Shown here: one piece after another, positions 36,901 to 49,100 of the stretch
Layout: each line of letters begins with the position of its first letter
Position numbering within the stretch: position 1 is the first letter of the stretch
From: Eremomyces bilateralis CBS 781.70
Taxonomy: Eukaryota
Assembly (NCBI GenBank): GCA_010015585.1
Contig: ML975160.1
Length of the DNA stretch: 64,000 nucleotides
Strand: one strand, 5' to 3'
Notes under the pieces: model-generated
Told to the model about the DNA's origin: nothing
The model's input: only the letters and a program-made list of their open reading frames with translations
The model's database searches: none
Translations under genes and position numbers: made by a program

Positions 36901-38658
36901 CAATCTGAGGATCACATACCTGATCTGCTGCTCCAAGGACAGAATCGGCAAAGGCAAACCAAGGGTATCGATCCCAATACCCTTTTCTACCTCTACCTGT
37001 ACGTCGGCGTTTCCTTCGCTACTGGCTTCGAAGGCGTGATACGGTACCTGACCGTGTACATTGGCTCTATCCGAGCCAGTCGCACCATGTTCGAAAGCAT
37101 GATATCTAATATCTTGTACGCAAAACTGCGCTGGCTGGATACTGTCCCTGTCGGCCGCATCCTTAACCGTTTCTCTGCCGACTTCAAAGTTGTTGACTCT
37201 ATGCTCGCCGTCGCGGCCTCATTCGGGTTATACAACTTTATGCTTGTTGTTGGCGTCATCACGGCGGGTGCCTTCATATCGCCGATCTTCCTTCTATTTG
37301 CCGTCGCGCTGCTTATCCTCTGCTTACGTTACGCACTGTACTACATCGTCGGCGCTCGCGAAGTGAGACGCCTCGAAAGCATCGCTAAGTCTCCCATCTT
37401 CGAACTCTTCGGCTCGACCCTCGCCGGCATCGCCACGATTCGTACGTACGACATGACCCCCAGGTTCATGACCACCATGAATGCCCGCATCGACGACTAC
37501 GTAAAGACACACTGGTACCAGCAGCTGCTTAACCGTTGGCTTACGTTCCGACTCTCCCTCACCGGCGCCGCCTTCTCCCTACTCGTCTCTGGATTAATAG
37601 TGTCCATCCACAACATCGACGCCGCGCTCGCCGGGTTTGCACTGGGATTCACGGTCCAGTACAGCGAAGCTGTCACTACGATGCTCCGGCAGGTCGTTAG
37701 CATCGAGCTCGGCATGAACGCCGCAGAACGCATCGTCGAATACTCCGAACTCGACACGGAGCCCGAAACGGGCATGGACGTGCCGGCATCGTGGCCGTCC
37801 AACGGCGCGCTCGAGGTCGACAACCTTAGCGTCTCATACGCGGACGATCTACCCGACTCGCTGCGGGATGTCTCGTTCCACGTTGAGGCGAGGGAGCGCG
37901 TCGGAGTCGTAGGCCGCACCGGGGCAGGGAAAAGTTCGCTGGCCCTTGCGCTGTTCCGCTTCCTTGAGGCGAAGACTGGGACGATCGCGATCGACGGCAT
38001 CGACATTAGCAAGGTGAAGCTGCACGACCTTCGCAGCCGGCTCGCGATCATCCCGCAAGACCCGGTCCTGTTCAGTGGGACGGTCCGGTCGAACCTCGAT
38101 CCGTTCGACGAGCACGAAGACTGGGAGCTGCGAGACGCGCTTGAGCGGGTGCATCTCATCGGCAGCAGCGGCATCGACACGCCCGTCGCCCCGGACCCAT
38201 CCTCATCCTCATCCTCCGCCCTCTCCGGCACCAGCACGCCACGCACCCCCATTAACACCAACGTCTTCTACTCCGTCACCTCCCCGATCTCCGAATCTGG
38301 GCACAACCTCTCCCAAGGGCAACGCCAACTCCTCTGCCTCGCGCGGGCGCTCCTGTCGCGGCCGTCGATCCTGGTGCTAGACGAGGCGACAAGCGCGGTG
38401 GACACGGCGACGGACGCGAAGATCCAAAAGAGCATCCGAGAGAACTTCCAGGGGTGCACGCTGCTTGTGATCGCGCATCGGTTGAGCACGGTGGCAGATT
38501 TCGATCGCATCTTGGTGATGAGTGAGGGGCGGAGCGTGGAATTTGGAAGGCCGGCGGAGTTGTTGGGGAGGGGGGAGGAAGGGGTGTTTAGGGGGCTGGT
38601 GGAGGAGAGTGGGGATCGAGAGGTGTTGAAGGGGATGATTTTGGGGAAGGGAAAATGA
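33936..38658 (+). CDS. ABCC (MRP/YBT1-like) multidrug or bile-acid ABC transporter (intron 36810-36864)
   Basis: TMD-NBD1 (GPTGSGKS, LSGGQ, LLDD) and TMD-NBD2 (GRTGAGKSS, LSQGQRQ, LDEATS, IAHRL). The intron GTAAGT...CTAAC...TAG joins the two ORFs. Confidence 0.95.
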
Positions 38659-38711
38659 GATTTCAGAGGGGTACTCACTACTCGTGCCAGGCTTCCCCCC
38701 CGCCGGGGTGG

Positions 38712-39930
38712 GTACGCCACAGATCAACGCAAAGTCGCAAATCACAGATCAACGCAAAATCGAGTACATCAAACAACAAAATAAACGATTTCTTCTACAC
38801 GGTGGAGTATCTATAAAATAAGGGAGATTCTCTTGATCTCCAGTAGCTGTAGCAGCTGTTTATCTTTTTATTGAGCGATGGCGAGGCTTCGTCAAGGACA
38901 TCCTCTATATCCGTAAGGTTTTTCTTCACCTTCTCAATACTGTCGGAGTTTTTGCACATTCTTTGGCCAGGAAAGTTGGGAGGAAGACATGGAAGGGGTC
39001 TTTTCACGTTCGGGTTCGCCGTTCAAAAACTCAAGCACGGGGCCATCATTTGCATATCACTTTTCCAACTCTTTAATAACAAGCTCAGGCTTAATTGGCC
39101 ATACCCTCGTCTTGTCTAGCCGGCGCGGAGAACTCGTGGGGTGAAGGCTTTCTCTCTTATTGCAGGTAGAGCTGAAAGGAACTGCCGATGGTTGAAGCTC
39201 TCATCACTCAGGCGTGCAGCCTCATTGACAGCCTTTACATGCCAGTGCTTGTACTGCTGAAAAGGGATTCCATCCAGAGGTTGTAAATGGTGTGTCATGT
39301 GTGGTGGAAGGAAGTAAGGAATAATTCGGCGGTCCTCACAGAATTTGAGGAAGTCGTATATCACGTGTGAACCATGGTTGTCAAGTAAGAGGAGCCGGTA
39401 TTCAGAAGATGTAGCTGGGCGTGTTTCTATATCAAAATGATGAACCCAATCCATATCCTCCTTCATCAGTGATATACCCATTAGGTGTAAGGGTAATCAT
39501 CCAGTGGCCTGGAAGCCCACAATCCTTATACCAATCCTCCAGATGGTATGAACCTGCCAGAACAAGAAAGGGGTTGGTTGGTTTGCCTTCAGCAGAGATG
39601 CATTAAATGACAGTGACCAATTCCATGTCATGGTACTTCCAATGTTTGCATTTGCTTCAGGAAAGCAGTTATAACCTTCTCAACCTTTCCCTGGCCAATC
39701 TGGAAGCCTGTCTCATACATGTTGTAGATGTTGCATGGGCGGATGTGATGGCTTTTGATAACAATCTCCCAGCGATCGTAAAATGTCTGCACAATCCCAA
39801 TATCTTCAGCCTGTATACACTTAGAATCCATGGGACACTGTTTAATGCGCTTATATTCATGTGGAAGGCGTTTAACGAAGCGACACGTCCACATTTTTGA
39901 GATTGTTGGAGGTGGGGATTCTGGATTGCG
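38712..39930 (-). mobile_element. Degenerate Fot1/pogo-family transposon remnant
   Basis: PPTISKMWTCRFVKRLP (CENP-B-type HTH end), IYNMYETGFQIG (catalytic D mutated), RLLLLDNHGSH and LPPHMTHHLQPLD spread over several frames. A direct repeat CACAGATCAACGCAAA occurs twice at 38717-38758. Boundaries approximate. Confidence 0.85.
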
Positions 39931-40349
39931 TGGTTTCGATATCCATAGAGGATGGAATGTGCCAAGCTGCAAGGACGGAAGGGTGGGGGATTTATCTTGA
40001 AGAGCGGCCGGACTGGAGTCCGTTTGCTTCTTTTCTTTTCTGATGTTTATACTGCTTGTGGTGGGCGGCTTCGCTACAGTGTTGGTCGTCTGGCGAACTG
40101 GAGACAGGCAGACAGGAGGGGTTGCTGTTGGAGCGTAGTTGACGGTAGCACAAGCAATGTTTGTAATGGCGGTATTCTTTTGGTGGACTTGAACCAGTGG
40201 GCTTGAATCAGTGATTTGGGCATAACTTAATTTAACGGTAGGCGGAATGCAGACGAACTGTGAATATTGTGCTGAATACAAGGATATCGAACCCAAGGAG
40301 ACTCTATGTGCATCAATGCCAAACGTACAACCATCAAACAGAAGCCAGT

Positions 40350-42261
40350 TCAAACATCCAAGGTCCTTCCAGCCGGTCGAACATGTGTCCCATGGAAGCC
40401 AAAACCAACACATCTACCCTCCCCCAACTCCGCCCTCCCCACCTCCGTCATCGTCTTCGCATCCAACACCAACAAATAACTATACCCTTTAATCCCATCC
40501 AGCACGACACTCAACAACACCCCATCATCCTCCGCCGTGCCTTCCGGATCCGCGATGAAGATCGCTTCGCCGGGCGAGTGCGCGTACTGCGACCAGTACA
40601 GCGGCTTCGCGTCGGCCGCGTCGGCGGCAGATGGGTGGGTGTACGCGTAGGTATCCAGCTTGACCAGGCCGTCCACGAACGAGGGACTGATGCCGCGGTC
40701 GCAGATGCCGTAGATGTACCGGTGTGGCCGGGCCAGGTACTTAGGGTTGATAGTGGGGAGCTCCATGCTTGCGGTGAACGGGACTTCAAAGACGACTCGG
40801 CCTTTCAGTGTCTTGGGTGAAGAGGAGGAGGGAAGGATGCTCTTGGATCGGGTATGGCCGTTGGCATGACCGTTCTGTAGCGCCGGCTGCGGGATGTCTG
40901 GAAGGCGGTAGCGGCGATACTTGGGCCGGGCGATGTTGCCGGCTTTTCCGGCGTATTTCAATGCACCGGGTTCGGATGAGATCAAGTTCTCGTAGTAGAA
41001 CCGTTTGAGGACATCGATGGAATCGAATGCGGGGATCTCGGCGATAATATCAGTCTGTCCAGGATTGGTCTTTGACGGTTCTTCCCAGGCGTTGGTTGCA
41101 TGGAAGGCGTAGAAAGCGGGCGTGTCATAGACCGAGACCAAACCGCGACCATGCTTCCGATCGACGATGTACCACTTTGCTGGGTATCTTGGATTCAGTG
41201 GTGAGATGGAGTCAAGAACGTTCTTATTCCAGAGAATCGACGCGCCTCTTGCGGAGAGGTGCGAGTTCCAGACGCAGAGCACGACGTAGTTCTGGGTCAG
41301 GAAAAGGGAGTGGATGTACGCTGGAGTGGCTTTGAACTTAGCGAGAATATCGGTCTTGCCAGTCGTAGCCGATACTCGGAATATCCTATACGTCGGATCG
41401 GAGCTGAGTTCGAGGTTGTAGTTGAAGATGTCCCCCGTATCAGGGTCCGACTTTGCGTGCGCGCTGGAAAGCTGCCCAATGAGCTCTGGGTGGAGGCTGG
41501 TTTGTATTGCAACACCCGCCGGTTCGAGCGTCTCGGGGTTGAGATGCTGGTAGGCGTTTCTATCTGTTTTCGTGACCAGAGTCGAAATTCCTGACGCGTG
41601 GTTCTTTGAGGTTTCAGCTTGATCGGGACCAAAGGGCCCGAAGCCTGGCATATTGGCTGAGATGGTAACCCCGATATTGCTCCCCTCACGTCCTCCCTGA
41701 GTTGATGAGGGAGGAGCTGCAGTGAATACACTCATGAGCTTCTTGAAATAGCTTTGGCAAGGATCTTGCTTCTGTCCGAAGGTGAACCCCTCGGTGCTCC
41801 CAGTCTTGCGGATGGTTTCTATCAGCTGATCGACGATGAACCTTGAGCTATTTAGGTGTCAGCAAGCTTTCTTCCATCCAAGGATGATCTAATACCTGTA
41901 GGACACCTTCACCTGATCGGAATCGTTCTCGATCTTGAACTTGTGGACCATGGATAATCCATCGAACCAATGCGAGAGCTTGAACAGCCCCTTTTCCGTC
42001 TCGATCTCGTGAGCTCCAGGGCCAGTCCGGAGCAGGGTCCCGATAGCATAGCTCGGAATATGGCCGGTAACTTTGAGCTTGATGGGATCTTTTTGTTCGA
42101 ATTGCGGCTGGGCCTGTTTGACTGAGTAAGCACCTATCAAATCATTGCATTTGTAGGTCGACTTCTCCAAGCATAACTGGACTGAACAACGGCCTTCATA
42201 AACTCACCCCTTTCGCGTTTGGCCACTCCTCGTACTTTTCCGGCTGTGTTTCTGTCGCCAT
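40350..42261 (-). CDS. Carotenoid cleavage oxygenase (RPE65 family), torulene oxygenase CAO-2/CarT-like, multi-exon
   Basis: Exon 1 MATE...EWPNAKG|GTGAGT. Motifs LRTGPG, HWFDG, FGQKQDPC, the iron-ligand His motifs SAH, YIHS, FH and GFHG, and EDDGVLL. Confidence 0.9.
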
Positions 42262-43338
42262 CGTTTTCGAATGTGGTACGGTATACCGGTATAGATCGGA
42301 GAATTTGTGATCGATTATATCAGAAAAGGAAGCGATGTAGGCTCTTCCAGGTCTGTGTTCATCCAACCGGTTATTCCTGATAACAACTGGAAAGCAAGAC
42401 TTTATATTCGACTCAGACGTTTACATCTTCACATCCCTCGTTCATCTCGATGACGAGACCCGCTCTTGACAATACCCACACAAACTAGCCAATGCCAGCC
42501 TTTGGATTCAAAACGGACGTAGACGGTGTGATGAAAGTACCGACGACAAACAGTACGGACGTATTAATATGGAGGCCGGAGGGTTTCAAAACGGATGGAT
42601 TACTAACGGCCAAAGTGTATGCTGGCTTGCCACCGTTGGAGACGACTTACGGCCGAACTACCGCTGCTTACCTGGGACGGGTTTGGTATTAAACCGTCTT
42701 CATCATCTTCTGTCGGATCCAAGATCAGATGTAACTGTCGCCCAGGATCTGCGGACAGCCTGAAGCGAAACCGACGATAATAGGCTTCATCGCGAACTAT
42801 TTCAAGGATCTGCTGCCTTTAACTGGAGTTGAACAGTTTGACCGCGGAGGCAGAGAATGACGGTGGCGTCAGTTAGCGAAGCCGTTGGCCGCATCAGGGT
42901 CTGCGTAGCGAATTGGATGAATATTACTGGGGACAATTGGAGATGCGAAGGTTGATGCTACTCATGCTAGGCCCTGGTGCGGCTGGTGGTCTGGGCGGTA
43001 CCAGGTCCCTGGCTTGGCTCTCCGCCTAAAATGTCCGCGTGTCCCATACTTTCTCTCCGCCCTTCCGTCAGCCATCTTGACCTTCTCGCCTACCCAGTAC
43101 CCATCCCAACACCCAGCCCTATTAGTTGTCGTCATCTCGCCGTCTTCGCTCAGCCTGGTATGTAAGTTCTCGTATCCTCGTCTATCATGCGTGGAAAATT
43201 CCAAATGACATCCGCTTGTGTCACCTCCGCCGTGGATGCCGCTGCGCTGTAACGCTGCCGCTTCATTTCGCTCCAGTCTACCACTTTCGGAAGTATGATG
43301 GAAGGACGATTGGTGCGGATGGACGCTTCCCCATGTGG

Positions 43339-45781
43339 TCATACCGCATACGCCTTCGTGCCTCGAGGAGACTCGTCCGTGGATTGTTTCAAGTGCAGCG
43401 CAGCTCGCATCGAGTCCAAGGTCTGGGTGTCTCGCAGCTTCTTCAGGTCTCGTACCGCACGCTCGAAACGTGCTTGGCTCTCGGACAAGAACCGGAATTG
43501 CGAAAGATTGTTAAGGATCTCGTCGATGCTACCTGCATCGACCTCGTCCGCGCACGGAACCATCATGTCTGGATATTCTGGAGATTCTAGATCGGGATAT
43601 ACCACATCTAAGGCTTTCAGGAGTCTTATGACCCCCTCAGGACCGGCCTTCGCTTTCACTACCTGGTCGAAGATGGCTCGAGCAAGTCGTTGTGTCTGGC
43701 CATGATCTCTATGGAGAACAACGTCGGAAAGGCTGACGCTCGCCTTCTGCATCTCCATGCGTGGATGATGCGGTCGAGGGTTCCAGTCTGGCATGCGAAA
43801 TAACGGGCTTGCTGACGCCGTTACATCCGCCGACTCCTCGATATCGCTCTCCAAAGTCATCGGAGTATCAAAGAGGTCACTGTCAGACTCCATCAGGGAT
43901 CCATCCAAGCTCCGTCGCATCACCTTTCTCAAGATTCGCTCCCTGGAGGCCCGAGACAGTTCGGATGCTTCTCTTTCAGTCCGGACATCCCCTCTGTATT
44001 CGAAATTTCCGCTGAAATAGCTCCGAGTTTCGTCTAGCAGATGCACCGTCCTCTTTGGGACGTTTTCTTTCGATTGCTCAAACGATGGGTTCCAGCTCAT
44101 ACCCAGTGCCGCTAACCCCAGGTCGTGTGGCTTCGCTGCGGATTGCTGCCTTGTTCGAGACGGTCGAATATGCTGGAACGGGAGAACTTCCAGTTCCGAG
44201 GTTGAGATACTTCCAGCACTTTTCTGCCTTAGCGACATATTCCCCAATTCAATGGACGTCGTTCGCAGGGGTGACATGCGTGGAGGCCGAGGAAACTCAT
44301 CAGCCCTGTAACCGTTCTGCTGAACGGCTCGAGAGTGCAAAGCGTCTCGACTCAACTTCCGTAGTCGCTTGTACTCGATGTAATCGTCCATCTCGGCGGC
44401 CAGTGGGTGCTCCAGAACATCTTTCATGGCCAGCTGATCCCGGATTCTCTCCAGGCGGACTTCCCATGTCAGACCATGTGATGCATCGTAACTTGCTGTG
44501 GGAAGCAAGGACCAGCCACATATTTTATATCTATGGCACCTTAGTACGGTGTAGCCATGATAAATCAGATATATGCTAACTTACAGCCCATCATACCGGA
44601 CCCCCGCCCTGGGTGCCCAAAACGAGCGCAATGATTGTGAACGGAGTACTCTGATCGAGGTTGACCGAGAAGGTCCTGGTTTGAGGAGCCTTAACTTTTC
44701 TCTCTCACCTGTTTTACACCGGTATGCGAAAGACTCGGCAGTGTCTGTGCTAATTTCTTCGTCGTTTGTCAATACGATTGCATATGCACCCTTCTCATCG
44801 GCGCAGACGCCACCTTCAGTGCACATTTGATCGATGATTCCTGCTCGGAAAGCGAAGATGCAGTTGATCCACCATCTATTTAGTTATTAGCGGTTCATTC
44901 AGTCTTGGGGTCTTCCTTTCTGTTTACTCACGCTCCCGGTTCGAATCCAAGTGATCCAGTTTGTCGTGCGTTGGAATTGCTCTGCGGAACCACCCCCTCG
45001 TTCATCCAGCGATTCATCATGAACTAGTTCTCGGTCAGTATCATGCGAATCCAGCTCTTTAACGCTTCACCTCTCTCGTCAACTCATGAAATCCAACCAC
45101 GCCTTCCAGCCTTGCCCCTGCACCTAACAACGGTAACGCCATCTTCCTCAACGGATATCCCAGCACCGCACTCCACTCCGCCACGATCTGATCGCAATCG
45201 GCGATCAACCTCCCCGGCCACCGCGTGCCCTTCCCCGCCATCTCCAGCACCGCCAGATGGATCCTTGACATGGCGATCACATAGGGCGACAGTACATCCC
45301 CCGTGGCGCCGTCTCCCGTTTTTCTCGATGCCCTGCTGTTGGACTCCGCGACCGAGTCCCTCCTTAACCCTTCGCACACATGCGACTTGATCCGCTCCAT
45401 CTCATCCTCACCCACCCGCTTCACCACGACAAGACTCTTTGAATCTTTCCCCTGCCCCATAACATCCTTCGCCCTCCGCCCCCTGTTCGCGCCCGGCTCG
45501 ATCCCCGCGCCACGCAGCCGCCCAAACAACTCCCGCAGGTAAACCTCCTCCTCCAGCTGCAGTTCCTGCTCCCCGTCGCGCGCGATCTTTGGGTCGAGCG
45601 TGTCGCGGATCCACGAGGCTGCGGCGTGGAGATATGGGAGGGTGAGTTGATCCGGGAGAGGAGGGAGGGACGTGTCCGGGGTGGTGGGGCTGGGGGGGTC
45701 GGGCTTGAGGGCGAGGAGGGTGGCGAGCATGTCTTCGCGATAGAGGGGGAATGAAGGATGGGGGGTGGGGGAGGGGTTCAT
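43339..45781 (-). CDS. SRA-YDG domain protein, multi-exon; 3' end uncertain
   Basis: Spliced GSLGFEPGA|WWINCIFAFRAGIID...GAYAIVL...IRVLRS...WAPRAGVRYDGL|YKICGW. Introns have GT...AG ends and keep the frame. Confidence 0.8.
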
Positions 45782-46159
45782 TGTTGTTAGGTGGTCTGGA
45801 GGTTCGATAGTTGAGGCAGTGAGTCTATATGGCTGAAATTGGTGAGCCGTCCGCACGATTTTCAAATGAAGGTGTATATCAGGATGCTAGGAACGAGAGT
45901 GTGACATAAACATTCGATCGATCGTTTGTTTCAGCGAATTCGAGACCTTTCTACGCGTAGCAACGGAAGGTGCACGTGTCGTGCTTTCCCTCCACACAGG
46001 CAGCGAGCGGTCGTCCAGCGTACATTCCTGCTGAAGTTCCATTAGGGGACTGATGTTATGATAGAATGATTCACAATACGAATTACATCTGGTCTCAACA
46101 GTTGGAACAAAAGTTCGATTGAGTGATATACATATGTACAAATATCTTGGTTAGTCTCC

Positions 46160-49100
46160 TCATCCGGTTGATTGTACACCGCCGCCATTCTCCTCTACCA
46201 TCAGCGGCTTCGACTCAGCGTCCACAGCCGTCACCCCCCCATCCCCCTTGTTTTTCTTATTCCCCCTCTGCTTCTCCCCCCACGCGGCTTTTTTCTTCGC
46301 CTTCCCTGACTGCTTCTCCTGATGCGACGGTTTCTTGTCCTTCTGTTTCTTCGTCTTGGCGGGTTTGGCGGGATTGTCGGCGTCGTCGCCTTCCTCGTCC
46401 GCCGGCTCGGGCTCGGGCTCGTTGTGCAGTTCATTGAGCGCGGGGAGGAAATATTCTAGCTTCGCGAGGTCGCCGACTTTGACGCGCATGTAGTCGAACG
46501 CCACCGCAACCCGGGTGTCGGGATCCTCGTCGTTTTTCATCGGCGGATCCACGTCCATGCGATCCGCGGTATACTCCGGGACTCCCTTCCGCCGCTGCGC
46601 CTGCTCCACTTCCTCCTCCACTTTCTCTTCCGGCACCACATCGATCGGCACCTCGACGACCCCTTCCGCCGCCGCCACCTCCTCCTCCTCCCCCTCCCCC
46701 ACCAATTCCGCCTCCTTCTCGATCTCCACCTTCGGATTCTGCCAATTGACCACCTTCGCGTACCGCTGGCTAAAATGCGTCAGCAGGCACGCGCGCGCGC
46801 GCATCTCCCGCGCCACCGCGACCGCCTCGCCGCTCGTCGAGTGCAGCTTCGCCTTCGCCTCGCCGCCGAGCTCGTCGCCGAAGGTCGCTTCGTGGATGCA
46901 CACCGTGGCGCCGCGGCCGATGCGCGCGAACTCCAACGAGGGGCGGCAGTCGCCCGAGTAGGCGATCTTGAGGCCGTCGGGCCAGGTGAGGGCGACGGCG
47001 CAGGCGTGGTGGCAGTGGCGGACGAGGACGGCGCTGAGGTGGTGGAGGCCGGTGAGGCGCTGGAGGGTGGAGGGCTGAGTGGGGAGGGGGTCGATGGAGA
47101 TTAATTGAGTGTCAGACGGATGGCTGGTGGGGGTGGGGATGTTGTAGGTAATGAGTTGGATGGGGCGGGTGCCAGAGCGGGTGGCGGGAGGGAGGAGGGG
47201 GAGAAGGCGGGAGTAGCCGATGTCTTCGCATTGGGAGTACTCAGCGATCCATTGGTGCATGCCGATCTCGGAGACCACGGCGAGACGACGAGGAACGGTG
47301 TTTGGAGAGGCTTGCGCTTCGCGGGCGAGGGAATGGATGGAGAGGGGGTTGGGATCAGGGACGGAATCGTGGACGAGAGCGTACCACTCTTTGATGACAT
47401 TGGCAGTGCCGAGATGATGGTCGGCATGGAGGTGACTGATCCAGATCATGCGGAGGTCTTTGATCACCTCTTTATACTTGCGTCCATATACGCGTTTGAT
47501 TTGACCGAGCGTCCCTTCACCACAGTCAAGGAGGTACGAGCCATGGCCAGGCACACGAACCAGAGTCGCTGATACGTTACGATGGTTCGAAGGGAGAGCA
47601 GAACCAGTGCCCAGTGTAATAATCTCCGTTTCCGGGTTGGGGATAGTGGACTTCCATTGCTCCAAAGTGGTTTTGTCTTTCTCGAGATTTGCCTGCGCTT
47701 CCCGGACAAGTTCGAGGACTGTCGGACTCAAACTCTGCCGAGCAGCCGCGATATCCACGGGTTCCGCTACGGTCTCCTGGGAGAAGTGTAGATTTGGCTC
47801 TAAACGCAACGTGCTACCCCGATCCGCAACATTGACAAAATCGGGTAGTGCGGCACTGCCGTCTGTGAAATTGGTCGCCAAGGAGTTGGAGAGGGGTTGA
47901 TCCTCATGATGAGGCAACTCATAGCGGTCCGGATCAACCTCTTTTAGTCGAACGGTGTTCATGGCCGCTTTGTTCATCGAAAGACGATTGTGACATATGT
48001 CGGGGGAAGATACGATATGCTGCAATGTACTCCGCTCTTCCATGAACCGGTTAACATCAGGATTGGATGCCACACCAGGGCCAAGGAGCCAGATAAAGGC
48101 GGATACGCTATCCATCATCTGGGAATTGGTCCATTCTGAACGACTCAGCAACGGCTGGACGTACTCAGGACCTGGGATATCAAGAACAGCGACGCCACGT
48201 CCAGGTCGCCCTGGCTCGACAACCATGTCTGACGTGATGGTCTTGCCGTTGGGCAATTGAATGCTGCCACCCGCCGCTAACTGACTGAAGAGGGGACCAG
48301 AGGGTACACCAAGGTTCTTGGCTATCGACGGCATGAACCGACCCCGTTGCTCGTACTGATGAATGACATACGATACCGAATCTTTCAGCGGCGCAGTCGG
48401 GGGAAGCGTGTCGATCTTCGCGCCGGGCCATGGCTTGCGAACCAGGACCTTGACATCGGAGACATCCACGTCCCCACCTGGTGTCGGCCCTTCGTAGCGT
48501 TTCAGGTCTTTGGTCTCCGGATCGCGGATGTAGAGCTTGGCGGGCAGTTGGACGTCGACCAGGCGATGTTCCTCGAGCGCGTCCATGCTCCAGTCGGATC
48601 CGAACATGGCGGAGACCGCGGCCTTTCGCAGCTCGTCATATTGTTGTGCTTTTTCGGCGTCCGTCGCCGTCAATCGCGACTCCATGGTTCGTCCCTCTGC
48701 CTCGTCTAAACTGCGCTTTCGACCGTGAGGGGAGGGTGTTGATCGTGAGCTTTGGGTTTGCGGCATTGCGACGACCGGCCAGACCTTGATGAACTCATCC
48801 GCAAAGCTTGGTTCAGGCAGAGTGTCCGTGTCTTTATCGCCCTCCTCGCTCTTATACTCCGTTACATGCAAAGGGACGCCCTTTCTAAAAATGAACCTCC
48901 TTGCGGTTCCCAAAAAATGCATTAGATTTCTAGCTCCATGCAGTCGAAACTCGGGCCGGTCAACTTCTTCGACCTTACGGCTCTCCTTCAGCTCTCCTTT
49001 GGCTCCTTGTCCATCCGTCTTCCCCTCTTTCTCGACCCTCTCCGCCCTCTCCGCTTTCTCTTTTTGTTTGGCCTTTGCCGCCAGCTGTCTCCCAATGATC

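Noticed and set aside
28956..42261. FAO1, Kelch, ABC transporter and carotenoid oxygenase as a metabolic gene cluster
   Set aside because: There is no backbone enzyme or cluster regulator, and CAO-2/CarT-type genes are normally unlinked to the carotenoid cluster.
44930..44960. GGTTCGAATCC resembling a tRNA T-loop (B box)
   Set aside because: It is the antisense of the codons for GFEPG in an SRA exon, and no cloverleaf can be built around it.
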